This document shows positions 17,470-26,322 of a stretch of 64,000 nt of DNA, piece by piece; position 1 is the stretch's first letter, and each line of letters begins with the position of its first letter. A program made the position numbers and the translations under genes. The notes under the pieces are model-generated. The model saw nothing but the letters and a program-made list of their open reading frames with translations, was not told the DNA's origin and made no database searches. Source of the DNA: Candidatus Nomurabacteria bacterium GW2011_GWD2_36_14 (GTDB lineage Bacteria > Patescibacteriota > Minisyncoccia > Phycocordibacterales > UBA9973); the NCBI GenBank assembly GCA_000991405.1, contig LBRL01000001.1, positions 527,989 through 591,988 of the forward strand, written 5' to 3'.

Positions 17470-18363
17470 ATGGATGACAATAAACCAAAAATAAATACCG
17501 GAGGAGAATTGAAAACTCTAAGGACGTACATGACTGATATGGCCGACAGTGTTCGTGCCAATGAAGTCTCGGTCATTAAAGTTGCTCTGGCAGAACAAAA
17601 TAAAAAAGAGACAGAGGAACTGTACAGAAAAGTAGAAGGTACTCCTACAAAGAAAATATTTTGGTTTATTGGTGGGCTCATTCTTATCGGTGTTGCCATC
17701 TACGGTTCATACTACCTCCTACAATTAAAAGCAAAAATCAATACGATTGAGAAGGTAGTAAAGGTGGAGTCACTCATATCGAGCGATGAGATATCTGGCA
17801 TAGTCTTGGCCGACAACGACCAACTAATAGAGAAAATACAAAATGTAGAGCAAGAAAAAAGTTCCTCAAGTGTAAATGGTTCCATCAAGTTCATTCCTAT
17901 TTCAAAAATGGTAAATGGGGTAGAGGAAAGTCTAAGTACGGTTGATATTTTCTCAAGATTAAAATTCACCGCACCTTCATCTTTAGTTCGCTCTCTGTCT
18001 GACTCGTACATGATAGGGACTTACAACAAAGATTCCACGTCGAAACTTTTCTTTATCTTTCAAAGTAAAGACTATGAGTACAGCTACGCAGGAATGCTGG
18101 AGTGGGAGAATACACTAGAAAATGATATGACTGATTTATTTGGACTCAACAATACAGATCTAGGAGAAGTATCTATGGATGGAGATAAATGGAAAGATAT
18201 AATTATAAACAACAAAGACGCTAGAGTCTTGGTGGATGTGAAGGGTAGACCAATACTTTACTATCTATTTGTAGACAAGAGTAGTATCCTCATAGCTGAT
18301 AGTGATATAGTGATTAAAGAATTAATTGGGAGATTATTAACGAAAAACAATAGCCCATTATAG
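17470..18363 (+). CDS. Hypothetical membrane-anchored protein
   Basis: 297 aa with a single TM (IFWFIGGLILIGVAIYGSYYLL) after a charged N-terminus; no known motif. Confidence 0.45.
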   Translation: MDDNKPKINTGGELKTLRTYMTDMADSVRANEVSVIKVALAEQNKKETEELYRKVEGTPTKKIFWFIGGLILIGVAIYGSYYLLQLKAKINTIEKVVKVESLISSDEISGIVLADNDQLIEKIQNVEQEKSSSSVNGSIKFIPISKMVNGVEESLSTVDIFSRLKFTAPSSLVRSLSDSYMIGTYNKDSTSKLFFIFQSKDYEYSYAGMLEWENTLENDMTDLFGLNNTDLGEVSMDGDKWKDIIINNKDARVLVDVKGRPILYYLFVDKSSILIADSDIVIKELIGRLLTKNNSPL

Positions 18364-18398
18364 TTTGCCCTTTAGTAGATTAATGATAAAATAATAAT

Positions 18399-18761
18399 AT
18401 GAATACAGATATATACAAAACAAAATTAGAAGAAGAGAAGAAGCTTCTAGAAGAGGAACTCAAGACTATGGGCAAGGTTGATAAAACGGGCGATTGGGAA
18501 GCAACTCCTGAAAGTGAGATCAAGGCTCAAGACGTCGAAGACGAAGGCGACATGGCCGACCGAGCAGAAGACTATGAAGAACGTTCCAGTACTCTCTCTG
18601 TCTTGGAATCAAGATTGGGCGATGTGAATCGTGCTCTTTCGCTTATCGAAAACGGACAATACGGAATCTGTGAAATTTGCAAGAATAAAATAGAGGAAGT
18701 ACGTTTAGAAGTGAATCCAAGTGCTCGCACATGTGAGACATGTATGAAAAAAGTTATTTAG
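18399..18761 (+). CDS. DksA/TraR-family C4 zinc-finger protein
   Basis: 120 aa; coiled-coil N-terminus and C-terminal CEICKNKI...CETC zinc finger. Confidence 0.7.
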   Translation: MNTDIYKTKLEEEKKLLEEELKTMGKVDKTGDWEATPESEIKAQDVEDEGDMADRAEDYEERSSTLSVLESRLGDVNRALSLIENGQYGICEICKNKIEEVRLEVNPSARTCETCMKKVI

Positions 18762-18788
18762 CTTTTACGCTCCAAATTATAATATAAT

Positions 18789-20378
18789 TTGGAGCGTAAA
18801 TTTTTTATGTCATTTTCAAGGATATACTCAGCACAAACACATCTCCTAAAAGGCAAGATTGTCACAGTTGAAGTAGATATTACAAAGAACACTTTGCATT
18901 CTTTTACTTTAGTTGGTTTGCCCGACAAGGCCGTCGATGAGTCCAAGGACCGCATGAGCTCCGCTCTGAAAAATTCTGGATACAAATCTCCTAAAAATCA
19001 ACAACAAAAAATAGTGATTTCTCTTTCTCCAGCAGATTTAAAAAAAGAGGGTCCGTATTTTGATTTAGCTATTGCTTTGGCTTACTTACTTTCTGCAGAA
19101 GAAATAAATTTTGATGGAGAAGGACGAATATTCTTGGGTGAACTTTCTTTAAATGGAGAGCTCCGACCCATAAAGGGAGCCTTGCCACTTACAGAAGTTG
19201 CCAAAAAGCTTGGATTCAAAGAAATATTCTTACCAATAGAGAATGCAGAGGAATCAGCTCTTGTAGATGGTATTACAATATACGGGGTTAAAAATTTAAA
19301 AGAAGTTATAGACCATATTTATATTCCTAAAAAAGACAGGAAGGGAAATTTGATAGAAAAGGAACGTCCCAAAATATCCCCATTCCCTAAAACCGAAATT
19401 ATTCACAAAGAAAAAGTAAACAACATAGACTTCTCTGATATAAAAGGACAAGAAGGTGCCAAGAGAGGACTTGAGATAGCAGCCAGTGGTGGACACAACA
19501 TCGCAATGTCAGGACCACCCGGAACAGGGAAGACAATGCTGGCCAGAGTCTTCTCACATATACTTCCAGATTTAGATAAGGATGACTGCTTAGAAATTAC
19601 TGGTATACACTCTATAGTAGGGCTACTCGAGGATGCAATAATTACAGATCCACCTTTTCGTGCCCCTCACCATACAGCAAGCTATGTATCGATGATTGGA
19701 GGAGGAGCAAATCCTAAGCCTGGGGAAGTGACCCTTGCTCATAGAGGGGTACTTTTCCTCGATGAATTTCCTGAGTTTGAAAAGAGAGTACTAGAATCTC
19801 TCCGCCAACCACTCGAGGACAATATCGTATCTATCTCACGCGCTCGAGGGTCTGCTATTTTTCCTTCTAACTTTATTCTTGTTGCTGCTATGAATCCTTG
19901 CCCTTGTGGTAATAAGGGTAACAAGCAGAAAGCTTGCATTTGTAAACAAGGCGACCTAGATAGATACAAAAGAAAACTTTCAGGACCTATCATGGATCGT
20001 ATAGATATCTGGGTTAATGTTCAGAATGTCGACTACGAGAAACTTTCATCTGTTGTTCAAGAAGGAGAAAAGACAAACACCATAAAACAAAGGGTGAAAA
20101 ATGCTCGAGACATACAACTAAAAAGATATAAAAGCTCTCCTAGGAAGATAAGTACTAACAGCGAAATGAATGTCAAAGAATTAAATATCTACGCACCACT
20201 CGACGAAGAAACCAAGAAGCTTCTAAACCAAAGTGCTGAACGATTACAACTTTCAGCCAGAGCCTATCATAGAACAATCAAACTAGCTCGAACCATTGCC
20301 GATCTAGAGGGAAGTGAAGAAATCAAACAATCCCACATTCTAGAAGCATTGCAATATCGCCCCAGAGAGATGAGTTAG
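18789..20378 (+). CDS. comM: YifB/ComM-family Mg-chelatase-like AAA+ ATPase
   Basis: 529 aa; Lon-like N-domain, Walker A GPPGTGKTMLA, and the Zn-binding insert CPCGNKGNKQKACICK. Confidence 0.9.
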   Translation: MERKFFMSFSRIYSAQTHLLKGKIVTVEVDITKNTLHSFTLVGLPDKAVDESKDRMSSALKNSGYKSPKNQQQKIVISLSPADLKKEGPYFDLAIALAYLLSAEEINFDGEGRIFLGELSLNGELRPIKGALPLTEVAKKLGFKEIFLPIENAEESALVDGITIYGVKNLKEVIDHIYIPKKDRKGNLIEKERPKISPFPKTEIIHKEKVNNIDFSDIKGQEGAKRGLEIAASGGHNIAMSGPPGTGKTMLARVFSHILPDLDKDDCLEITGIHSIVGLLEDAIITDPPFRAPHHTASYVSMIGGGANPKPGEVTLAHRGVLFLDEFPEFEKRVLESLRQPLEDNIVSISRARGSAIFPSNFILVAAMNPCPCGNKGNKQKACICKQGDLDRYKRKLSGPIMDRIDIWVNVQNVDYEKLSSVVQEGEKTNTIKQRVKNARDIQLKRYKSSPRKISTNSEMNVKELNIYAPLDEETKKLLNQSAERLQLSARAYHRTIKLARTIADLEGSEEIKQSHILEALQYRPREMS

Positions 20379-20421
20379 AAAGTATTTGTCTCATAATAAA
20401 CAATAAAATATTAATAAACCA

Positions 20422-20461
20422 AGTGTAACACTTTGCAACGGCCGTTTGTAAGTGTTACACT
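20422..20461. promoter_or_regulatory. 40-bp near-perfect palindrome P1 (candidate operator / insulator)
   Basis: agtgtaacactttgcaacggccgtttgtaagtgttacact; shares the 30-bp core AACACTT-N3-AACGGCCGTTTGTAAGTGTT with P2 at 21094-21133. Confidence 0.6.
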
Positions 20462-20467
20462 ATAGAA

Positions 20468-21055
20468 ATGAAGAAAAAGGCTCAAAATAATAAAACTACG
20501 TTTAAAAAAGAAAATCTTAAACAAGGAGCTCAAACCTTGGGTAATATACTACTTGCGGGTATAGCTATCGCTGGGATAGTAGGTGTCGCTACTGTCGCTC
20601 CAAATGCAATGCAATTGGTGAAATATTTTATACCAGAAGATGACATCAAGCGTCATTATAAATATAGGGCAAACCATAGTCTAAAAAAATTAATTACAGA
20701 TGGTTATATTCAAGAAAAAATAGTAAACGGAAGAAAAACATTTTCACTAACAAATAAAGGAAAATTAAGATATGAATCTCTTAAAGAAAAGAGGGTAACT
20801 AGATGGGATGGAAAGTGGAGACTTGTATCTTTTGATGTTTATGAAAAGAACAGAAACAAAAGAGACTTACTACGAAAAGAATTACAATCATATGGGTTTC
20901 AAATGATTCATCAAAGCACGTGGGCATATCCATATCCTTGTGATGAATATATTGCTTTACTAAAATCAGATTTATCTTTTGGTAAGAATGTTCAGTACAT
21001 GCTTGTAGAATACTTGGATATGCACATGGAATTAAAAAGACTTTTTGATTTATAA
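20468..21055 (+). CDS. PaaX-C-terminal-domain-like protein with an N-terminal TM segment
   Basis: 195 aa; RWDGKWRLVSFDVYEKNRNKRDLLRKELQSYGFQMIHQSTWAYP matches the PaaX C-terminal (VapD/Cas2-like fold) pattern W-x-L-V-x-F-D-hPE...LR..L...GF..L..S-hW. Confidence 0.5.
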   Translation: MKKKAQNNKTTFKKENLKQGAQTLGNILLAGIAIAGIVGVATVAPNAMQLVKYFIPEDDIKRHYKYRANHSLKKLITDGYIQEKIVNGRKTFSLTNKGKLRYESLKEKRVTRWDGKWRLVSFDVYEKNRNKRDLLRKELQSYGFQMIHQSTWAYPYPCDEYIALLKSDLSFGKNVQYMLVEYLDMHMELKRLFDL

Positions 21056-21093
21056 AAGTCCTAGACTTATATATAATTTATTCAAAATTACTA

Positions 21094-21133
21094 CTTGCAA
21101 CACTTACAAACGGCCGTTTGTAAGTGTTGCAAG
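21094..21133. promoter_or_regulatory. 40-bp perfect palindrome P2
   Basis: cttgcaacacttacaaacggccgtttgtaagtgttgcaag equals its own reverse complement; it lies between the convergent PaaX-like and TrmB-like genes. Confidence 0.6.
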
Positions 21134-21170
21134 TGGGCAAACACAATAAATGGGGTAAATAGTCATTATC

Positions 21171-21947
21171 TTATATTTCTTTATCTAATCTTTTGGCTTC
21201 AGCCCAAGAGAGCTCGTAGATCTTCTTCATAGCGTCGGCGATTTCGGCACTTTCTATAATGATTCCAAGTTTCTCTCTCCAAGAAGCAATCATGACTTTG
21301 TTGTTATAAATATTTATTTCAGGATGAAATCCAAATTCTTTATTTGGAATAATTAAAGACTCACGCATTTCTTCATTATCTAAGCTTGATCTATTTCTTG
21401 CTTCAGGTGATTCAGGGAATATTGCTCTTATCTTTATTCCTTTCTTTGCTCTTCTTTTATAATACTCAGGAAAATATAAAGGAAGTGTTGATTCAACATC
21501 TTCAACACTAGCATATGCTAATATATCTCCTTGAGAAGTTAGTGTATCCTCGTAGACTTTTTGTAATCCATCTTTACCTTCATAAAACAAAACCTTGGGT
21601 CTTTCAATTACATTATGTATTGATTTTAATTCTGGAATTATCTTCCTTGCTTCATTTATGAACTTTTGATCTTCTTCTATTTTATTTTGTAAAAGTTTTT
21701 CTATTTGATTAGGAGATTCGGCAACATATTCTTGCTTGGGTTCTTTCCCTGATACTTTCACTAGCTCTTTTGCTGATAGGGAAGCAAGCACGTGATAGCC
21801 AGTAGGACGATTAATTCCTGCCTTTCTTGAGATCTGTGTAACCGTTCCTTTTCCAAGAGAAAGTAATGCCAAATATACCACAACTTCCTTCTCGGAGAAT
21901 CCTATATATTCGAGACTTTTCTTTATATCTAAATTTTCGTTTTCCAT
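21171..21947 (-). CDS. TrmB-family transcriptional regulator (paralogue 2)
   Basis: 258 aa; wHTH (EVVVYLALLSLGKGTVTQISRKAGINRPTGYHVLASLSAKELV) and the shared block GKEPKQEYVAESP. Confidence 0.75.
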   Translation of the reverse strand: MENENLDIKKSLEYIGFSEKEVVVYLALLSLGKGTVTQISRKAGINRPTGYHVLASLSAKELVKVSGKEPKQEYVAESPNQIEKLLQNKIEEDQKFINEARKIIPELKSIHNVIERPKVLFYEGKDGLQKVYEDTLTSQGDILAYASVEDVESTLPLYFPEYYKRRAKKGIKIRAIFPESPEARNRSSLDNEEMRESLIIPNKEFGFHPEINIYNNKVMIASWREKLGIIIESAEIADAMKKIYELSWAEAKRLDKEI

Positions 21948-22049
21948 ACATTAAGTATATATTAAAGCATAGTAATTTGTCAATACATGCGAACAAAATA
22001 ATATATATTTTAATTTATCTATATTTTATAAATACATATTTTTATTATT

Positions 22050-22559
22050 TTGATAATATTACTTGACAATATATTTCAATTACTCCATACTATAAATAAA
22101 TTAAATCATTCAACCATGAAAAAAATTGTAAAGGGAATTAATGAATTCCGCCAAGAAGCTACAGAAGCTTTTCTTGCTTATCAAGAGTGTAAATACGACT
22201 TGAGTAAAATTACCCCGTTATCAACAGGATACTTCCCATTATCTTTCAGAAATGAAAATTGTTACATCGGAGAGATACAGCTGGAAGAAACATCTTATGT
22301 ATGTGATGCGATTGTCCCAAATTTTGAGATTTCTAATGTTATCTTGGAAGCTGAGAAAATATTAGATGGTAGTCGATTTATATGGAGAGTTATTCTAAAG
22401 GTAAATTTTTTTGGTTTATGTCTGTGTGTTTACCACACAAGTCAAAAACATTCATATTATGTTGGTGTTCCAAATAATTTTAGTCCGGTCTTCAGAATAA
22501 TATCAAAAGAAGATAACCCAAAAATTAAAAGAATGGACAATATGATTTGTGCTTACTAA
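22050..22559 (+). CDS. Hypothetical protein (start more likely at the MKKIVKG codon, about 22113)
   Basis: ORF of 148-169 aa in a very AT-rich context; no motif. Confidence 0.35.
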   Translation: MIILLDNIFQLLHTINKLNHSTMKKIVKGINEFRQEATEAFLAYQECKYDLSKITPLSTGYFPLSFRNENCYIGEIQLEETSYVCDAIVPNFEISNVILEAEKILDGSRFIWRVILKVNFFGLCLCVYHTSQKHSYYVGVPNNFSPVFRIISKEDNPKIKRMDNMICAY

Positions 22560-22644
22560 TTTTTAGACCAGAGGGGTAATTCCTCCTCTGCTTTATAAAG
22601 TTAATAAAAAGTGTATTATTATAAATATAACTAAATACTAATTT

Positions 22645-24300
22645 ATGACAAAAGAAAATTGTAAAACTTGTGAGAAGGAGTTTGTGATAAGGGATGAAGA
22701 TCTTGTTTTTTATGAACAAATGAAAACTGTTCCTCCTTTATATTGCCCAGAGTGTAGAATGGCGAGGCGTTTAATGTTTCGTAATGAAAGAACTTTATAT
22801 AAAAGAACTTGTGATTTATGTAAAAAGGATATGGTTACACTTTACACTCCCGAATCACCATATGTTGTTTACTGTAGTAAATGTTGGTGGAGTGATAATT
22901 GGAACCCAAAAGAGTTTGCGTTAGATTATAATCCCAATAAAAAATTCTTTGATCAATATAAAGAATTGCAACTAAAAGTTCCACGTTTAGGAATAATGGA
23001 AATCCAAAATGTAAGAAGTGAATACACAAATGGTTCAGCAGAAAATAAAGATTGCTATTTGGTTTTTGCTTCTGATTTTAATGAAGATTGTTTATACGGA
23101 AGACTTATGCAAAGAAATAAACAGTCGATGGATTGTGCTTTCCTACACGAATCAGAGCTTTGTTATGAGTGTATAGATTGCCGAAAATGTTTCAAGTGTA
23201 TGTATTCTCTACAATGCCAAGATTCTACTGATTTATTGTTTTGTTATAATCTAAAAAATTCAAACAATTGTATTTTCTGCACAAATGGAAGAAATCTTTC
23301 AAATGCAATATTAAATATAAAATATACAAAAGAAGAATATGAAAAGAAAAAGACAGAAATATTAAAAAATTACGAAAGTATTGAACAGGCTAAAAAAGAA
23401 TTTGAAGAATTAAAAAGTAAAACTATTAAAAAATTCGCGACCCAGACGAAATGTCACAATGTCACTGGAGATTATTTACACAACTGCCAAGAAGGAGTGA
23501 GATTATTTGATACATATGATGCAAAAAATTGTTCCTATATGAAAGATATTGATGGTGCAATAGATAGTATGGATTGTAACAATGCTTATGATAAACCAGA
23601 GTTTATATATAATGTAATGGGGGCATTACAAGGAAGTAAGTTAAAAAATTCTGCTTTTGTCTTCTATTGTAATGAAATTGAATACTGTGATAATTGTCAT
23701 CATCTATCAAATGGTATTGGCTGTATTTCTGTACGAAAGGGGAATTACATGATTTTCAATAAAGAATATTCCAAAGAAGAATATATGGAGTTGAAAGAAA
23801 AAATAGAAGAACAGTTTAAAAAAGAAGGAATATTGGGACAATTCTTTTCACCTGAAGTTGCACCATTCGCTTATAATGAATCCTTAATTCATGATTTCTT
23901 TCCTCTATCTAAAGATGAAGCAATTAAAAGGGGTTACAAATGGCAAGACAAAACTACTGGAACCTTTGGTAAAGAAACGATTAAAAAAGGAGAAATTTCT
24001 AACTCTGTAAACGATGTCAATGAAAATATTTTAGATGAAGTATTGATTTGTGAATCATGTAACAAAAATTATAAAATAGTTGAAGCTGAATTAACTTTTT
24101 ATAAAAAAATGGGGCTTCCTATTCCTCATAAAGATTTTGAATGTAGACATGAAGATAGAATGAGGAAAAGAAACGGAATGAAATTGTATCATAGATCTTG
24201 TATGAAAGAAGGATGTGAAAATGAGTTTGAAACAACTTACAGCCCAGACAAAAAAGATGTCATATATTGTGAGAATTGCTATCAGAAGGAAATATATTGA
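22645..24300 (+). CDS. Cys-rich protein with duplicated terminal zinc-ribbon modules
   Basis: 551 aa with more than 40 Cys. N-terminal module: CKTCEKEF-x-I-x-DEDLVFYEQM-x-PPLYCPECRMARRLMFRNERTLYKRTC-x-C. C-terminal module: CESCNKNY-x-I-x-EAELTFYKKM-x-PIPHKDFECRHEDRMRKRNGMKLYHRSC...YCENC. A central run of CxxC repeats lies between them. Confidence 0.6.
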   Translation: MTKENCKTCEKEFVIRDEDLVFYEQMKTVPPLYCPECRMARRLMFRNERTLYKRTCDLCKKDMVTLYTPESPYVVYCSKCWWSDNWNPKEFALDYNPNKKFFDQYKELQLKVPRLGIMEIQNVRSEYTNGSAENKDCYLVFASDFNEDCLYGRLMQRNKQSMDCAFLHESELCYECIDCRKCFKCMYSLQCQDSTDLLFCYNLKNSNNCIFCTNGRNLSNAILNIKYTKEEYEKKKTEILKNYESIEQAKKEFEELKSKTIKKFATQTKCHNVTGDYLHNCQEGVRLFDTYDAKNCSYMKDIDGAIDSMDCNNAYDKPEFIYNVMGALQGSKLKNSAFVFYCNEIEYCDNCHHLSNGIGCISVRKGNYMIFNKEYSKEEYMELKEKIEEQFKKEGILGQFFSPEVAPFAYNESLIHDFFPLSKDEAIKRGYKWQDKTTGTFGKETIKKGEISNSVNDVNENILDEVLICESCNKNYKIVEAELTFYKKMGLPIPHKDFECRHEDRMRKRNGMKLYHRSCMKEGCENEFETTYSPDKKDVIYCENCYQKEIY

Positions 24301-24396
24301 GTAATTAATAATTAATAATTAATAATGTAATATTAAAATGCCTCGGCGTCGCCGAGACATTTTAATTCGTAATTATTAATTATTAATTATTAATTA
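24301..24396. terminator. Terminator hairpin flanked by inverted (TTAATAA)n arrays
   Basis: (taattaa)x4 - ttaaaatgcctcggcgtcgccgagacattttaa - (ttattaa)x4, between convergent genes. Confidence 0.65.
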
Positions 24397-24399
24397 TAC

Positions 24400-24735
24400 C
24401 TATCTCTTCTTTGCTGAATAAGGAGCGGTAGCGGGAGTGAAGACGGGGGGATTGAGGTTTACTTTTTTCTTCTTTACAACGGGCTTTTTCTTTACTACGG
24501 CTTTTTTCACGGGAGCTTTCTTTACTGTAGTGGCCTGTTTTGTAACTGTAGGCTTTGGTGCCCCTGTATTTTCCTTTGCTAAAACTACAGAAGCAGGAAG
24601 AGCTTGTTGTGCCGTTGCCAAAACCTTACTTTCTTCTTTCTTTTTACTCAAGTAACCATCAGAAGCTAAAACGCCAAAAGAAGAAGCTGTCGCTACAAAA
24701 ATTAAAATTATTAAAACAATTGTTTTTTGTTTCAT
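24400..24735 (-). CDS. Small secreted Lys/Val-rich protein
   Basis: 111 aa; signal peptide (IVLIILIFVATASSFGVLA) and a KKAPVKKAVVKKKPVVKKKK low-complexity tail. Confidence 0.5.
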   Translation of the reverse strand: MKQKTIVLIILIFVATASSFGVLASDGYLSKKKEESKVLATAQQALPASVVLAKENTGAPKPTVTKQATTVKKAPVKKAVVKKKPVVKKKKVNLNPPVFTPATAPYSAKKR

Positions 24736-24751
24736 AAACTATAATTCGATA

Positions 24752-26002
24752 CTATAACCCATTGCTATTTTTAGGTAAATTGCGATATGGATTTGACTTA
24801 CCACCTCGGTATCCTATGTGTACATGGTTACCTGTGGATCTACCTGTCGAACCGACATACCCTATGACGTCTCCCTTCTTCACCACTTCTCCGGCACTTG
24901 CTGCCACTTTACTCATATGACCGAAGATAGCTTGTGCTCCATCATCAAAGTCCACAACTACGTAGAGTCCATATCCTCCATTATAACCAGAACCGTCAGC
25001 AATGAGAACCTTACCATCCTGAATAGCATATATAGGAGTACCCTTTGGAGCAGCAAAGTCGTAAGCATTATCATCGTGAAGCTTCTGTGACACTCTACCG
25101 ACACCCTTGGGGAATGGCCAAATATAATCACCGGTAATGCCATTACCGCTAGATATTTGTTCTGGGCTGGCTTGAGATTTCTCTGTCTTCTCTTCTGTTC
25201 CTATTGATACCTTTACCTCTGTTTGATCCTTCTCTTCTTTGACAATAGGGCGAGGGGTCTCTACCTTCTTCACGACAGTACCACCTGGAACTATGATCTT
25301 GTCGCCAATCTTTAAATTCTTGTCTGTAATATCGTTGTATTCAGAGATATCTTTAGCATCTGCTTTATAAGCTTTAGCAATTGAGGATATAGTATCGCCC
25401 TTTTTAACGGTATAAGGCACGCCATCTACAGGAAGAATTGTGAGTATTTGCCCTACTTTTAAAGCGTTATTTTTAATATCTGTATTGGCATAAAGGATAG
25501 TATTCTTGGATATACCGAATTTACTTGCTACTCCCCCTATGGTGTCTCCCTTCACAACTGTATACGTAGTAATCTTATCAGACGAAGATATGTATGAGTT
25601 AATTTCTCCATCTGTCCCTTGTAAATCATCTGGAACAAGAGCTCCATCTTCAGTCATAGGGACAGTACTGCCCGCCTTCATACTTTTCATATCTGGATTG
25701 ATAGAGGTCTCTAAAAGAGGAACATTTTGAGAATTTGGAACGAAGTCCTTGCTGTTGTTATTTGTCTCTTCTATCGCCTGAGCCTTTGACCCAACTACAC
25801 TTGCCATAAGATCACTAAAAAAGCCAGCATTGGCCACTGTAGGCACGCTAGCTATAAGAGGAATTATGAGGGCTAAAGTATAAGCCTTAATAGTATAAGA
25901 CTTGAGAAACAACGATATTTTCATCTTTTGACTAGTTTGCGGAGGCAAGTCATCAATAGAATCTTTTGAGTTTTGTTTTAATTGCATAATTAGGTGGGAC
26001 AC
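24752..26002 (-). CDS. LysM-domain M23-family peptidoglycan endopeptidase
   Basis: 416 aa; two LysM repeats (YTVVKGDTIGGVASKFGIS..., YTVKKGDTISSIAKAYKAD...) and a C-terminal M23 domain (HxxxD-like DFAAPKGTPIYAIQDGKV...GSTGRSTGNHVHIGY). Confidence 0.85.
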   Translation of the reverse strand: MSHLIMQLKQNSKDSIDDLPPQTSQKMKISLFLKSYTIKAYTLALIIPLIASVPTVANAGFFSDLMASVVGSKAQAIEETNNNSKDFVPNSQNVPLLETSINPDMKSMKAGSTVPMTEDGALVPDDLQGTDGEINSYISSSDKITTYTVVKGDTIGGVASKFGISKNTILYANTDIKNNALKVGQILTILPVDGVPYTVKKGDTISSIAKAYKADAKDISEYNDITDKNLKIGDKIIVPGGTVVKKVETPRPIVKEEKDQTEVKVSIGTEEKTEKSQASPEQISSGNGITGDYIWPFPKGVGRVSQKLHDDNAYDFAAPKGTPIYAIQDGKVLIADGSGYNGGYGLYVVVDFDDGAQAIFGHMSKVAASAGEVVKKGDVIGYVGSTGRSTGNHVHIGYRGGKSNPYRNLPKNSNGL

Positions 26003-26166
26003 TCGGTATGGCCTTATAAATAAAGCATTTCTTCTGTTTCAGGACATAGAGTAAAGTCGATATAAACTCTATACATATAAGGGTAACCCATGTGGGGTAG
26101 ATAGTCAACCTGTTTATACACAGAGATATACAGGGACACAAAGACCCGAATTAGCAAGCATGATGA

Positions 26167-26195
26167 TTGACATATCCGTCTTATTATGATATAAT
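26167..26195 (+). promoter_or_regulatory. Consensus sigma70-type promoter
   Basis: TTGACA - 17 nt - TATAAT exactly (ttgacatatccgtcttattatgatataat), about 125 nt upstream of the ORF at 26323. Confidence 0.6.
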
Positions 26196-26322
26196 ACACG
26201 CAAATGAACGTGAGCAATCCAAGTGCTAAGTATTAATCCAACAATCGACCCTACGGGAGCCGATAAGGAGTTAATCAAGCAACGACAGACCTCGCAATCA
26301 TAAAAATTGAAAATTAAATATT

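Noticed and set aside
26003-26322. RNase P RNA, tmRNA or SRP RNA in the GC-richer 320-bp intergenic region
   Set aside because: None of the universal motifs (GGAAAGUCCGG for RNase P, the tag-peptide reading frame plus a T-arm for tmRNA, the SRP domain IV motif) could be found. The region contains a perfect sigma70 promoter pointing into the next gene instead.
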